The position numbers and the translations under genes were made by a program. From Calditrichales bacterium (GTDB lineage Bacteria; Calditrichota; Calditrichia; Calditrichales; J004): a stretch of DNA of 64,000 bases. A model generated the notes under the pieces. It ran no database searches. It was not told the DNA's origin and was given only the letters and a program-made list of their open reading frames with translations. The DNA lies in the NCBI GenBank assembly GCA_965267575.1, contig OZ254086.1:3936001-4000000 (forward strand). Direction: 5' to 3'. Below are positions 50,334-61,523 of the stretch, in pieces (within the stretch, counting starts at the first letter, position 1; each line of letters starts with the position of its first letter).

Positions 50334-51482
50334 TTACTTAAGAAATTCTTTTTGCAGTTCACGAAAAATAACCATGCGCTGCACTTCCGATGTGCCTTCG
50401 CCGATTTCCAGAAGTTTGGCATCACGCCAGTATCTTTCCACTTCATATTCCTGAATATAACCATAACCACCCAACAATTGAATAGCTTCTTTGGTTATCT
50501 CCATGCACATCTCGGAAGCATAAAGCTTAGCGTATGACGCTTCTTTTTTATAAGGCTTTCCGTCAGCGCGCAGTTTGGCCGCGTGATAAATCAAATGCTC
50601 TGCTGCCGCAATCTTCATGCCCATATCAGCAATCTTAAATTGTGTGATCTGGAAATCTGCCAGCTTTTTGCCGAACTGCTCACGCTCATGTACATATTTT
50701 ATTGATTTGTCATAAGCAGCTTTGGCGATACCGAGCGCCTGGGCGCCAATTCCTACACGACCACCGTCCAGCGTGTTCAGAAACTGCTTGTAGCCCATGT
50801 TCAATTCACCAAGCAGGTTTTCTTCGGGAATACGGCAATCATGAAAATGAAGCATCGATGTAGGCGAAGCACGCATACCCAGTTTTTTTTCTCTTTTACC
50901 AACCTCGAAGCCTTCTGTGCCGCACTCAAGGATGAAGCTCGAAATACCGGAAGCTCCTTTGTTCTTGTCGGTAACCGCCGTAACTACAAAAATGTCGGCG
51001 TATTCAGCATTGGTGATATAGACTTTTGAGCCATTTAAGACCCAGTGTTTTCCATCTTTCACAGCCGTAGTTTTTGTGCCGCTGGCATCGCTGCCGGCAG
51101 ACGGCTCCGTTAATCCGAAAGCACCCAGCTTTTCGCCTTTGGCTAAGGGCACCAGGTATTTCTGTTTTTGCTCTTCCGTGCCAAACATTTCAATCGGGTA
51201 AGACGCCAGCGAAATGTGCGCCGAGTAAGACAATGCCGTTGCAGCACATACACGTGCCATCTCCTCCTGCGCGATCGTATAGGAAATAGCGTCAAAACCG
51301 GCTCCGCCGTATTCTTCACTGATGGGCAAGCCTAATAAATGAAGCTCGGCCATCTTTTTAAAGTTTTCTTCCGGAAAACGGTGCGTTTCATCTATCTCAA
51401 CCGCTATCGGCGCCATCTCTTTACGTGCAAAATCTCGCACCATCTGGCGCACCATTTTATGTTCCTCGTTAAAAACAATCAT
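50334..51482 (-). CDS. Acyl-CoA dehydrogenase
   Basis: FGLTEPSAGSD, KLGMRAS, GGYGY and IGEGTSEVQR. Confidence 0.92.
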   Translation of the reverse strand: MIVFNEEHKMVRQMVRDFARKEMAPIAVEIDETHRFPEENFKKMAELHLLGLPISEEYGGAGFDAISYTIAQEEMARVCAATALSYSAHISLASYPIEMFGTEEQKQKYLVPLAKGEKLGAFGLTEPSAGSDASGTKTTAVKDGKHWVLNGSKVYITNAEYADIFVVTAVTDKNKGASGISSFILECGTEGFEVGKREKKLGMRASPTSMLHFHDCRIPEENLLGELNMGYKQFLNTLDGGRVGIGAQALGIAKAAYDKSIKYVHEREQFGKKLADFQITQFKIADMGMKIAAAEHLIYHAAKLRADGKPYKKEASYAKLYASEMCMEITKEAIQLLGGYGYIQEYEVERYWRDAKLLEIGEGTSEVQRMVIFRELQKEFLK

Positions 51483-51590
51483 TTATCTTCTCCATAAGCT
51501 TTTAAGCCCCAAACATAAACAGGGCGCGAGAACACTTTTGTGAATTATGTAGCAATATTAACCTTTTAGAAAAGTAAATATTCCAAACGA

Positions 51591-51977
51591 TTACTCTTCC
51601 CTGACATAACCGATCGGAGCGGATTCAATTGATTTTATCCGGTTAGACTCATCGAGGAGAACGGCTTTTGGCAAGTGCTCTTCAAATTCTTCTTTCGTCA
51701 TATTGCAATAGGTAATAATAATCACTTTGTCACCGACCTGTCCAAGGCGCGCCGCCGCACCGTTAAGGCAGATTTCGCCACTGCCGGGCTTGCCCAGAAT
51801 GGCGTAAGTAGTAAAACGCGCGCCATTGTTAATGTTGACCACATCCACCCTTTCAAACGGCAGAATATCCGCGGCCTGCATCAATTCAGGATCGATAGAT
51901 AAGCTGCCCTCATACTCAAGGTTGGCGTCTGTAACGGTCGCCCGGTGCAACTTGGATTTTAAAAAAGATCTTTCCAT
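51591..51977 (-). CDS. panD: Aspartate 1-decarboxylase
   Basis: [18 protein letters not shown] (Gly-Ser autocleavage site), NGARFTTY and LNGAAAR. Confidence 0.95.
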   Translation of the reverse strand: MERSFLKSKLHRATVTDANLEYEGSLSIDPELMQAADILPFERVDVVNINNGARFTTYAILGKPGSGEICLNGAAARLGQVGDKVIIITYCNMTKEEFEEHLPKAVLLDESNRIKSIESAPIGYVREE

Positions 51978-52056
51978 TTTTTCTATGCCCTCTTCCTGTC
52001 CGATGATATTCGAACAGCACTAAAGATACTAAAGAATTTATTCTTTTTCATATAGT

Positions 52057-53361
52057 CTATAACACAACTTCACCAATCAAAGTATTGGGCGTAACTTCGT
52101 TCACCTTAACCTTGACGAAGCTGCCGTCAGACTTCCCGCTATCGGGAAAAACGACAATTTTGTTGCCATCATTCCGGCCCAGTTGCTGGCCGGGTTTCTT
52201 GCCTTTGCCATCGATCAGAACGTCGAATATCTCTCCGATATGCTGCTTATTTTTGCGCAACGAATGTTTCCTCTGTAAGTCAACCAGATGAGTAATGCGC
52301 GCTGTCTTCTCTGCCTCAGGTACGTCATCCGGAAATTTGCGCGAAGCAATGGTTTGCTTTCTTTCCGAGTATTTGAAAATAAAGGCCGAATCAAAGCATA
52401 CTTCATTCATCACTTCCACGGTTTCCCGGAAATCTTCTTTACTCTCGCCGGGAAAGCCAACAATGATATCAGTTGTTAAAACCACACCGGGGATAATTGT
52501 TCGAATTTTCCCGGCCAGGCTCAGGAATTCTTCACGGGTGTACGTGCGATTCATTTTATCCAGGATACGTGTGCTGCCGGCCTGTAGTGGTAGATGCACG
52601 TGTTTGCAGGCTTTTGGGTTCTCCGCCATGACATGCAACAGTTTTTCGGGAAAATCTTTGGGGTGCGGCGAAGTAAAGCGAATACGCTCGATGCCATCAA
52701 CGCCGGCGACCATTTTGATCAGGTCGGCAAAATCATACGCGTCGTATAAATAGGAGTTGACATTTTGCCCGAGCAGCGTCACCTGTTTAAAGCCCTTTTT
52801 GGCCAGTTGCTGCACCTCCTGCACCACATTCAACGGGTCACGGCTGCGTTCGCGGCCGCGCGTGTAGGGAACCACGCAAAAGGTGCAGAAATTATCGCAG
52901 CCCCGCATAACGGCAATCCAGGCATTAATGCCCCCTTCACGGGTGGGAAAAACATCACTATAGGTTTCGAATTCGGAGAGTGTCAGATAGAAATCTTTTT
53001 CCCCGTTTGAGCTGACATTGGCCAGCATCTCCGGCAGCTTTTTGTAGCTGTCCGGACCCGCGACAATATCAACGCCGACTTTTTCATCCAGCAGCTCTTT
53101 GCGCAGGTTTTGGGCCATACAGCCCAGCACACCCATTACCAGGTTTTTGTTTGTGCGCCGCAGCTGCTTTAACGTGCTGATGCGCTGATGCACCTTCTGG
53201 TGGGCATTTTCGCGCACGGAGCAGGTATTCAAGAAAATAACCTGCGCCTCTTCCGGCTGCTCGGCAATGTCGTAACTATTTCTTTTTAGGATGGTTTTGA
53301 CAATCTCGGTGTCGTACTCATTCATCTGACAACCGTATGTCTCTATATAAACCTTTTTCAA
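52057..53361 (-). CDS. miaB: tRNA i6A37 methylthiotransferase
   Basis: TYGCQMNEYD, NTCSVRENA, GCDNFCTFCVVPYTRGRERSR, FTSPHP and a TRAM domain. Confidence 0.93.
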   Translation of the reverse strand: MKKVYIETYGCQMNEYDTEIVKTILKRNSYDIAEQPEEAQVIFLNTCSVRENAHQKVHQRISTLKQLRRTNKNLVMGVLGCMAQNLRKELLDEKVGVDIVAGPDSYKKLPEMLANVSSNGEKDFYLTLSEFETYSDVFPTREGGINAWIAVMRGCDNFCTFCVVPYTRGRERSRDPLNVVQEVQQLAKKGFKQVTLLGQNVNSYLYDAYDFADLIKMVAGVDGIERIRFTSPHPKDFPEKLLHVMAENPKACKHVHLPLQAGSTRILDKMNRTYTREEFLSLAGKIRTIIPGVVLTTDIIVGFPGESKEDFRETVEVMNEVCFDSAFIFKYSERKQTIASRKFPDDVPEAEKTARITHLVDLQRKHSLRKNKQHIGEIFDVLIDGKGKKPGQQLGRNDGNKIVVFPDSGKSDGSFVKVKVNEVTPNTLIGEVVL

Positions 53362-54644
53362 ACCAATTCTCCTGCAATTTTATCGCTGTCCGCCCATTTT
53401 AATAAAACGGGTCTGATTGTATTCTGCAGCGGTTCAGCCGAATTGACGGCCACGCGGATATAGTTGCCTGTAAGACCAAACCACATATCGCCCTTTTGCT
53501 CTTCAAACAACACATCGTGAACGCTGCCAACCTGGCTGTTGTAGAACACCTCTTTTTTGCGGCGGCCCAAATCGACCATATGGCGGTAGCGCACCTTTTG
53601 TTCTGCCGCAGACACCTTGGGCGTCATTTTATAAGAGCTGGTGCCCTTTCGGTCCGAATAGGTAAAAACGTGATAGAACGAAACCGGCAAATCGGCAAGG
53701 AGCAGCTTGGAGTTTTCAAACTCGCGCTGTCCCTCTCCGGGATAACCCACCATAATATCTGTACCCAACCCGATATCGGGTATTTTTTCAACCGCATATT
53801 CGATAATCTCACGGAACTCTGCCGCACCGTGTTTGCGGCGCATCGAATCCAGGATACGATCATCGCCGCTTTGCAGCGGAATGTGCAGGTAGGGGCAGAC
53901 TTTTGAAGACTGCGCCATAAAATCGATCGTATCTTTGCCAATGGTAGTGGGCTCTATCGAGCTGATACGGATGCGCTCGACGCCATTTATGCGTTCAAGC
54001 CCCTCAAGCACGTCAAGAAACGTATAGCTCTCATTGGCATAAGTGCCGATATTCACGCCTGTCAGCACGATCTCCTTATGGCCCATATCCACCAGCTTAT
54101 GCGCCTCATCGATGATGTCTTCAAACCTGCGGCTGCGTGCCGGACCGCGCGCTTTGGCGATGATGCAAAAGGAACAGACAAAGTTGCAGCCATCCTGAAT
54201 CTTCAGATTGGCACGGGTATTATTGTCAAATAGCCCGACGGATTCTATTGTAAAAGCATCCCGCGAGATTTTCGGCGAATGGATGACACGCGGTTCAGAC
54301 ATCTTGTCCAGATGATCAACGTATTGTGCCAGGTTCATTTTGTGCTCATTACCAACGATCAGATCCACCCCGTCGATTGCTCTCAACGTGTTTACAGCCA
54401 TTTGGGCATAGCAGCCGATAACCGCCACAAACGTATCGGGATTGGAGCGCACGCTTTTGCGCACGGCCTTGCGGCACTTGGCGTCGGCCTGCTCCGTTAC
54501 CGTACAGGTATTCACCACGGTCAGGTCTGCCGCCTCGCCAAAGTCGACAATCTCAAAGCCTTTATTTTTTAGTTGCTGCGCTATGATGGCTGTTTCCGCC
54601 TGGTTAAGACGACAGCCCAGCGTATGTAATGCTGCTTTTGGCAT
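53358..54644 (-). CDS. mtaB: tRNA t6A37 methylthiotransferase
   Basis: TLGCRLNQAET, NTCTVT, LKIQDGCNFVCSFCII and RIRISSIEP. Confidence 0.9.
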   Translation of the reverse strand: MPKAALHTLGCRLNQAETAIIAQQLKNKGFEIVDFGEAADLTVVNTCTVTEQADAKCRKAVRKSVRSNPDTFVAVIGCYAQMAVNTLRAIDGVDLIVGNEHKMNLAQYVDHLDKMSEPRVIHSPKISRDAFTIESVGLFDNNTRANLKIQDGCNFVCSFCIIAKARGPARSRRFEDIIDEAHKLVDMGHKEIVLTGVNIGTYANESYTFLDVLEGLERINGVERIRISSIEPTTIGKDTIDFMAQSSKVCPYLHIPLQSGDDRILDSMRRKHGAAEFREIIEYAVEKIPDIGLGTDIMVGYPGEGQREFENSKLLLADLPVSFYHVFTYSDRKGTSSYKMTPKVSAAEQKVRYRHMVDLGRRKKEVFYNSQVGSVHDVLFEEQKGDMWFGLTGNYIRVAVNSAEPLQNTIRPVLLKWADSDKIAGELV

Positions 54645-54730
54645 AATTTCTTAATTTTAAAAAGCTTTTAATTTATAAAGAAAACTGCGTATTTGCTATA
54701 TTTCCGGGTCAGCCGAGAACAAACAACCGA

Positions 54731-56065
54731 ATGCTGCTCAATAAAACACACTTAAAACGGACAATAGTCCTGGCTTTGCCCATCGTTATCGGACAGATTG
54801 GCCAGCTCATGCTTGGCGTTGTCGATAACATTATGATTGGCCAGGTAGGCGCCATTCCCCTTGCTGCCGCGTCACTCTCCAACGCCCTGTTTAACCAGCT
54901 GATGGTTTTTGGCCTGGGTGTCACTTTTGCTCTTTCCCCGCTTGTCGCAGCTTCATGGGAAGCCGGCGCCGAAGACGACGTGCGCGCCCTGCAGGAAAAC
55001 AGCATGCTGATAAACCTGGTACTGGCCTCCCTGCTGATGGCTTTGATCTTTATTCTCAAAAATATACTGCCCCACCTTGACCAGGACCCGGCTGTTGTTG
55101 TTTTGGCCGATCCTTATTTGACGATTTTGGCCTTTTCACTTATTCCCTTCCTTGTTTTTCAGACCCAACGCCAATTCTGCGACGGCCTTTCCTACACGCG
55201 GGCGGCCATGTACATCATGATACTGGCCAACCTGGTCAATGTCTTTTTTAACTGGCTGCTCATCTACGGCAACTGGGGCTTTCCGCGGATGGAGCTGAAC
55301 GGCGCCGGAGTATCAACATTGCTGACCCGCATTTTCGCCGCGGCGGCAATGATGGCGTACGTTCGTTACAGCAGTCGTTTACGCAGATTCAATATTCGCT
55401 TCATCGGCTTTTCCTGGCATAAACAAACGGCATCACGGCTTCTCAAAATCGGCATTCCAACCGGCTCGCAGTACTTTTTTGAAGTCGGTGCCTTTAGCGG
55501 CGTTGCCATCATTGTAGGCTGGCTGGGCGCAGAAGCCCTGGCAGCGCATCAGATTGCCTTAAACCTGGCATCCATATCATTCATGTTTGCCTTCGGTATC
55601 TCCTCAGCGGCGGCCATTCGCGTAGGATCGGAAAGCGGCAAAGGCAGCAACGGCGACGTACGTGGCGCGGGTTTCAACGCCATTTATATTGGCGGTGCCA
55701 TCATGCTTATCAACGGGTTGATTTTTATTTTCCTGCGCTATGAACTGGTGAGCCTTTATATCGATAACCGGCAGGTACAGGAACTGGCAGCCATGCTCTT
55801 GATCATCGCCGCCATGTTCCAGGTATTTGATGGTGTTCAGGCCGTAGCCGTAGGCGTGTTAAGAGGCCTTAGTGATGTGAAAGTACCCACCTTGCTCAAT
55901 TTTATTGCCTACTGGCTGCTAAGCATCCCCATCGGCTATTTTTTTGCCTTTGGCCTTGGCCTTGGCCTGAGCGGCGTCTGGTACGGATTTGTTACCGGAC
56001 TGGGCTCAGCCGCCATTATGCTGACAATGCGTTTTCACTTAAAAAGCAAAGCGGGTACGTCTTAA
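54731..56065 (+). CDS. MATE-family efflux transporter (NorM-like)
   Basis: About 12 TMs with VDNIMIG, LAAHQIA and QVFDGVQ. Confidence 0.9.
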   Translation: MLLNKTHLKRTIVLALPIVIGQIGQLMLGVVDNIMIGQVGAIPLAAASLSNALFNQLMVFGLGVTFALSPLVAASWEAGAEDDVRALQENSMLINLVLASLLMALIFILKNILPHLDQDPAVVVLADPYLTILAFSLIPFLVFQTQRQFCDGLSYTRAAMYIMILANLVNVFFNWLLIYGNWGFPRMELNGAGVSTLLTRIFAAAAMMAYVRYSSRLRRFNIRFIGFSWHKQTASRLLKIGIPTGSQYFFEVGAFSGVAIIVGWLGAEALAAHQIALNLASISFMFAFGISSAAAIRVGSESGKGSNGDVRGAGFNAIYIGGAIMLINGLIFIFLRYELVSLYIDNRQVQELAAMLLIIAAMFQVFDGVQAVAVGVLRGLSDVKVPTLLNFIAYWLLSIPIGYFFAFGLGLGLSGVWYGFVTGLGSAAIMLTMRFHLKSKAGTS

Positions 56066-57222
56066 TCTTTCAATAGCAGCTTGGCAATCGTCTGCAACTG
56101 CATATTGGAAGTGCCTTCGTAGATTGTTCCGATCTTGGCGTCGCGATAAAACTTTTCCACCGGGTATTCTTTTGTGAATCCGTAACCGCCATGCAGGTCA
56201 ATCATCAGTGAGCACACTTCCTGCGCCGCCTGCGAGCCGTACAACTTGGCCATGGCCGCTTCTTTCAGGAATGGCCTGTTTTCGTCCTTCAGGCGCGCGG
56301 CGTTATAAACCAGCAAACGCGCTGCCTCAATCTTTGTCGCGGCATCCGCTATCTGGAATTGAACACCCTGAAAAGATGCAACCGGTTTACCGAACTGCTC
56401 GCGTTCCTTGATGTATTTCAGCGTGGCATCGAATGAACCCTGGGCAATACCGATCATCTGTGCGCCAATACCGATGCGACCTTCATTCAATGTCTCAATG
56501 GCGGCTTTATAGCCTTTGCCAACTTCGCCAAGCACATTTTCTTTGGGCACTTTGCAACCTTCAAAGATCAGCTCGCAGGTTGATGAGGCGCGGATGCCAA
56601 GCTTGTCCTCTTTCTTGCCGACCTTAAACCCTTCAAAGCTTTTTTCCACTATAAACGCCGTAATGCCTTTGTAGCCCTTTTCCGGATCGATGTTAGCAAA
56701 AACGATAAAAATCTCTGCTTCCGCCGCGTTGGTAATCCAAAGTTTTTGCCCATTCAGCTCAAAGTGGTCTCCCCTGTCAAAAGCGCGGCACTGCAATCCA
56801 AACGCGTCACTGCCGGATGCCGCTTCAGAGAGCGCATACGAGCCGATTTTTTCCGTGGTAAGCTGTGGCAGGTATTTCTCTTTCAGAGCGTCACTGCCCC
56901 AATTCATAAAAGCGTTATTAACCAGTGTGTTTTGCACGTCCACCATAACAGCCGCCGAACCGTCCACGCTGGCCAGCGCTTCAATGGCCAAAACAGACAT
57001 AAAAAAATTGGACCCGGCGCCATTATATTTTTCGGGTACGTGAATGCCCATCAGACCCATCTCAAAAAATAGCTTCGGCAGTTCGGGACGGATCATAGCC
57101 TCTTTATCCATTTCAATGAGGTAAGGTTTGATTTTTTCGTCAGCAAGCTCTTTGACGGTATCATAAAAAAAACGCTCATCTTCGCTTAAATGCGTTAAAG
57201 AGCGTGCAACAGACTCACTCAT
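56062..57222 (-). CDS. Acyl-CoA dehydrogenase (short/branched-chain-like)
   Basis: YALSEAASGSD, KLGIRASST and IYEGTSNMQL. Confidence 0.92.
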   Translation of the reverse strand: MSESVARSLTHLSEDERFFYDTVKELADEKIKPYLIEMDKEAMIRPELPKLFFEMGLMGIHVPEKYNGAGSNFFMSVLAIEALASVDGSAAVMVDVQNTLVNNAFMNWGSDALKEKYLPQLTTEKIGSYALSEAASGSDAFGLQCRAFDRGDHFELNGQKLWITNAAEAEIFIVFANIDPEKGYKGITAFIVEKSFEGFKVGKKEDKLGIRASSTCELIFEGCKVPKENVLGEVGKGYKAAIETLNEGRIGIGAQMIGIAQGSFDATLKYIKEREQFGKPVASFQGVQFQIADAATKIEAARLLVYNAARLKDENRPFLKEAAMAKLYGSQAAQEVCSLMIDLHGGYGFTKEYPVEKFYRDAKIGTIYEGTSNMQLQTIAKLLLKD

Positions 57223-57328
57223 AACAATTTCCTTGATTAAAAATGGCAGGTTTTTCTTAACGGCGGGAATATAAAAATAGCCCGTTTTTTAAGCAACCGG
57301 GCAAAGGTTAACCCGGCGGGCAATCCAA

Positions 57329-57880
57329 CTACAATTCTTTAACCAGCTTCCAGTCGAATTTGCCGTTACCGACGTAGCTGTAGGAGACGGAATCCATGAT
57401 CTTTGTAACAATCGACATGCCCAGGCCATTGTCACTCAGTTTGTCGAAAGCATCAATATTTTCCAGAAGATCGGGCTCGTCTTTCTCTTCAAATTCAAAC
57501 GCTATGGAAAAGGGGTCAAGCACTTTATACAGCACTGTCCCGTCAATTACGTCGCGCAATTTGTATGACTTACCGATGCACTCTTTGGGATAAGGAGGGT
57601 AATGGCCATCCGCTTTAAAACCGGGACCGTAATCATAAATCGATATGGAGAAATACTTCATCCCTATCTCAAACTGAAAGCGGACAACCTCGTTTTCATC
57701 TGCTGTTTTGGTGTGCTCAACAATATTTATAAACACCTCGTTCATGACGGCACGCAGCTTTTGAGCAAACACGTCGCCCGAGTTAGGGTTGAGGTAGCCC
57801 GAAACAATCTCGACAAAATCTTCTACGAGACGGGTATACTCAAGCCGGCACGGCACATGAAAACGAATAATATCCTGCAT
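57329..57880 (-). CDS. RsbW-like anti-sigma factor / HATPase_c_2 kinase
   Basis: NEVFINIVEH, DYGPGF and GLGMSIVTKIMD. Confidence 0.75.
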   Translation of the reverse strand: MQDIIRFHVPCRLEYTRLVEDFVEIVSGYLNPNSGDVFAQKLRAVMNEVFINIVEHTKTADENEVVRFQFEIGMKYFSISIYDYGPGFKADGHYPPYPKECIGKSYKLRDVIDGTVLYKVLDPFSIAFEFEEKDEPDLLENIDAFDKLSDNGLGMSIVTKIMDSVSYSYVGNGKFDWKLVKEL

Positions 57881-57993
57881 GATCGGTTCCTGTGTTTCAG
57901 AGAGGCTTAAATCTAACCTTAAATTCGTCCTGATAAAACAAAACTAAATTTTCATATTTAATTATCGTTACCCTTTGTCAATTATATTGATAA

Positions 57994-58224
57994 TTATTGC
58001 TCCTGGTTAGAATCCGCTCCTTTACTACCGGTTTTGTCTTCGGTGGCCTTTTTTTTCGGCTTCCAACCCAGCACCAGGCCAACCGCAATACCATATCCTG
58101 TCGAAATATAAGGATTCGATGAAATCATGCACTGGCCGTTATAGCAGCCGATAAAATAGTAATAGGCGTAACCTGCTACCGCACCGGCCAGGCCAAATAG
58201 TATCACCTTAATATAGTTGGGCAT
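57994..58224 (-). CDS. Small membrane protein (DUF6132-like)
   Basis: GAVAGYAYYYFIGC..G.C.I.SNP pattern. Confidence 0.7.
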   Translation of the reverse strand: MPNYIKVILFGLAGAVAGYAYYYFIGCYNGQCMISSNPYISTGYGIAVGLVLGWKPKKKATEDKTGSKGADSNQEQ

Positions 58225-58643
58225 TATTGCTCCTTTTTATTCAATTCTTTAACAAGTGCCTTGATGCCGCCCTGAACAGCAAATGCGTTAAATCCTGCGT
58301 TACGCAGAATCTTTACGGCCACATCGCTGCGACGCGGCAGGTTGCTGTAGACAATGGTAGGTATTTCCTTGTCAAAGCTGAGCGTATCTGCGGCGTCGGG
58401 CAGTTTTTCCAAAGGAATGCGGTATTCACCGGAAAAAACGGTCTTTTTAAAATCGGATGTCGTTTCCGGCCGCACATCCAGGTATTGAAGTTCTCCGCCC
58501 TGGCTGATGATTTCAGCCACCTTGGATGCAGTCAAACCCGGTGCCTCCGCCCCGGCCAGGTTATCCTGTACATAGAAATAGACAAAGACGCTTACCATTG
58601 CCATCGCAGCAAAAACCAACAAGACTTTTAAATTATTTTTCAT
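58224..58643 (-). CDS. Membrane-anchored rhodanese-like protein lacking the catalytic Cys
   Basis: LDVR, IPL..L, IVYS...RRS (Ser in place of Cys) and GGI. Confidence 0.65.
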   Translation of the reverse strand: MKNNLKVLLVFAAMAMVSVFVYFYVQDNLAGAEAPGLTASKVAEIISQGGELQYLDVRPETTSDFKKTVFSGEYRIPLEKLPDAADTLSFDKEIPTIVYSNLPRRSDVAVKILRNAGFNAFAVQGGIKALVKELNKKEQ

Positions 58644-58743
58644 GCCAACCTTTCTCAGCAGAATATTTGGATGTTTGACCGGAGGAAACGTAACAAAACG
58701 CTAAAATAATCACTCTTGTTAAAATAATAAAGCAGGCAAAGGC

Positions 58744-61440
58744 TTAGTTTGTTACAGAGGTGTTCAAATAAAGATGAAGCTTTTCCGATAATTCTTCATT
58801 GTTGACGGGCTTGGCCAGGTAATCATTCATGCCCGCTTTAATATACTTTTCCCTGTCGCCTTTCATGGCATTCGCGGTAAGGGCCACTATCGGAATATCA
58901 CGCTTGGCGTGGTCGCTTATTTTGCGGATTGCTTTGGTCGTCTCAATGCCATCCATTTCAGGCATCTGTATATCCATAAGGATCAGATCGAAGTCTTCCT
59001 GTTCAAATATTTCCAGTGCTTTCACGCCGTTTTCGGCAAGCGTAACTTCAAGTCCTTTTTTTTCCAACAGTCTTCGTGCCACTTTCTGATTTATCGGGTT
59101 GTCTTCTACAACGAGCACGCGCTGACTGGAAAAACTACTCTTTGGAGCGCCGTTTCCATTTGCGGCAACAGAGGGTACCACCACTACTTTGAACGACATG
59201 TCCAGCGTAAAACGAGAACCTTTGCCCGGCTCGCTTTCCACGTGAATGCTTCCCCCCATCAGCTCGGATAATTTTTTGCTGATTGTCAGCCCCAGGCCGC
59301 TGCCGCCAAATCGCCTCGTCATGGAGTTATCGGCCTGTGCAAAGCTTTCAAATATGCGTTCGATATTTTCAGGCGAGATGCCCAAACCGCTGTCAACCAC
59401 ATCAAAGCGCATGAAAACGCGGCTTTGGTCCAATTGCCGGGCGTTAACCTGCAGCTTAACAAATCCATTCTCCGTGAACTTGATGGCGTTGGAAAGCAGG
59501 TTCAGTAAAACCTGCTGCAGTCTGCCGGGGTCACCCAGGACTTTTCTCGGTACATCCCCGGAAAAGTCATATTCAAAGTTAAGTCCCTTTTCTTCGGCCT
59601 TGTATTGCAGCATGGATGCCGTTTCCTTAACCACTTCCCGCACATCAAATTCGATCTGCTCTATTTCCAGCTTGCCGACTTCAACCTTGGAATAATCGAG
59701 GATGTCGTTAATCAATCCTAACAGGGATTCAGCGCTAATTCTTACCGTCTCCGCATATTCCTTTTGTTCCGGGCTCAGGTCTGTCATCAGCATCAGCCGG
59801 TTCATGCCAATTACACCGTTAAGCGGTGTACGGATCTCGTGACTCATGTTGGCCAGAAACTGGCTTTTCGCTTCACTGGCAGCCTCTGCTTTGGCCCGCG
59901 CCTGTTCCAGCTCTTTCACGGTTTTGGCAAGCTTCGACGTTTGTTTTTCCAACTGCCGCTGATTCTCTTCCATGCCGGATGCGTATTCACGCAGCTTTTG
60001 CTGGGCTTCCATCCGCTTAATGGCACCGCCAATGGCATTAGCCACCATAGATAAAATCGACTGATCGTTGGCTGCCCATATCCGTTCTTCCTTGCAGTCT
60101 TCAAAAGCCAGGTATCCCCAGTAGCGGTTATCCACAAAAACCGGCAGCAGCAAAACCGATTTTATGTTGTTAGCAACCAGAAAGTCCCTCTCAGTATCGT
60201 CAAACACCGAAACACTGCCGGCAACGTATCTGCCGCCGGAGAGGTTTTCATGCCAGTGCTGTAAACCCAGGTCCGCAAAAGCGTTTTTCAGGATAACCCC
60301 GGAACGCGTTTGCGCCGATGGCTGCCCCTGATCCCAGCGGTAGTGCAGACGCAGCCTGGTTTCATCCTTTTTCCTGATTTCTACGCTTTCAAAGACAAAG
60401 ACCCGGTCAACGCCGATATTTTTCCCAAGGTAGGCCAAAGATTCGCAGATGCCCTGGTTCAGGTCGGCTACGGTAAGCAGCATGTGGATTGTTTGGGCGG
60501 AGAAACTCACCATATCCGTATGCCGCCGGGCCACCTTTTCTGCTTTTTTTCGCTCAGTGATATTTTTTTGCACGCAGGCGTAGCACACAGGACGCCCGCT
60601 ATCGGGATGCTGAATCGTGAATAACGTCATATCAACCGGGATTTCACGCCCGTCTTTTATAGAAATCAACGCACCTTCCGCGTGCCAGGTTTTATTTTGT
60701 TTTAGCCGCGGTATTGCTTCGCTTTTAAACTTTTCGGCCGACTCTTTGTCCTGCAAATCAAAAATGGAATAGTTGGACAAATCCAGGTTATCCTCCAAGC
60801 CTATCAGTTCACGACCCGCTTTGTTTATATAAAACGGCCTGTAATCCAAAGTGGCCATCCCGATAAAATCACTGTTGTGCTCAACAAGGGCGATGAATTT
60901 ATTGATGGCGCCCATCACCTGTTCTTTAGAATACAGATTTATGTAATAAGGCAGCGAGATTAATACCAGGCAGGAAATCAGAAGCCGTATATGAGAAGTG
61001 TTTTCGTATTCCAGTAAAAAGGCGCCGGGAATTAATAAAGCAATCGAAATTATGCTGTATAGTTTGAATGTGCGGGAATCGTTAAAGCCAACAAACATTG
61101 CCGCAAAGGTTGCCAGAAAACCAAACAGATAGGCGTAATGGAAATCGTTCTGATAAACCAGAAAAGCAAACCAGGAGATAATTAAAAACAGAAACCCTTT
61201 GGTGAGAGCAATAAACCTGGTTTTAACCGGTTTCCAAAATGAAAGCCCGTATAGAGCAAACCATAACAATGAGATCAGTGTCCGCAGCCAAAAGGGGTCA
61301 TGAAAATTTTGGACCAAAAGCTTAAGAATCGGCCAAAAGCTTAAAGTTAAAATACCGCCGGCAAAGGTAAGCCAGCGATAAAGACGGATTTCACTTTCCC
61401 GAAAACGCGAAAAAGGGTTATAAAGCTGGTCAGAAGTCAT
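58744..61440 (-). CDS. Hybrid sensor histidine kinase (TM-PAS-GAF-HisKA-HATPase-REC)
   Basis: [42 protein letters not shown] and [11 protein letters not shown]. Confidence 0.92.
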   Translation of the reverse strand: MTSDQLYNPFSRFRESEIRLYRWLTFAGGILTLSFWPILKLLVQNFHDPFWLRTLISLLWFALYGLSFWKPVKTRFIALTKGFLFLIISWFAFLVYQNDFHYAYLFGFLATFAAMFVGFNDSRTFKLYSIISIALLIPGAFLLEYENTSHIRLLISCLVLISLPYYINLYSKEQVMGAINKFIALVEHNSDFIGMATLDYRPFYINKAGRELIGLEDNLDLSNYSIFDLQDKESAEKFKSEAIPRLKQNKTWHAEGALISIKDGREIPVDMTLFTIQHPDSGRPVCYACVQKNITERKKAEKVARRHTDMVSFSAQTIHMLLTVADLNQGICESLAYLGKNIGVDRVFVFESVEIRKKDETRLRLHYRWDQGQPSAQTRSGVILKNAFADLGLQHWHENLSGGRYVAGSVSVFDDTERDFLVANNIKSVLLLPVFVDNRYWGYLAFEDCKEERIWAANDQSILSMVANAIGGAIKRMEAQQKLREYASGMEENQRQLEKQTSKLAKTVKELEQARAKAEAASEAKSQFLANMSHEIRTPLNGVIGMNRLMLMTDLSPEQKEYAETVRISAESLLGLINDILDYSKVEVGKLEIEQIEFDVREVVKETASMLQYKAEEKGLNFEYDFSGDVPRKVLGDPGRLQQVLLNLLSNAIKFTENGFVKLQVNARQLDQSRVFMRFDVVDSGLGISPENIERIFESFAQADNSMTRRFGGSGLGLTISKKLSELMGGSIHVESEPGKGSRFTLDMSFKVVVVPSVAANGNGAPKSSFSSQRVLVVEDNPINQKVARRLLEKKGLEVTLAENGVKALEIFEQEDFDLILMDIQMPEMDGIETTKAIRKISDHAKRDIPIVALTANAMKGDREKYIKAGMNDYLAKPVNNEELSEKLHLYLNTSVTN

Positions 61441-61523
61441 TAATCTGGATATTTTGTTTGATAGACTAAGGCTACAATCGGCTTTCTGACCGCCAAATTA
61501 ACCCGCAGAATTTTTTTTGACTA

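Noticed and set aside
57223..57328. GC-rich short inverted repeats upstream of the acyl-CoA dehydrogenase as a riboswitch or terminator
   Set aside because: The stems are only about 5 bp, with no U-tract and no recognisable aptamer.
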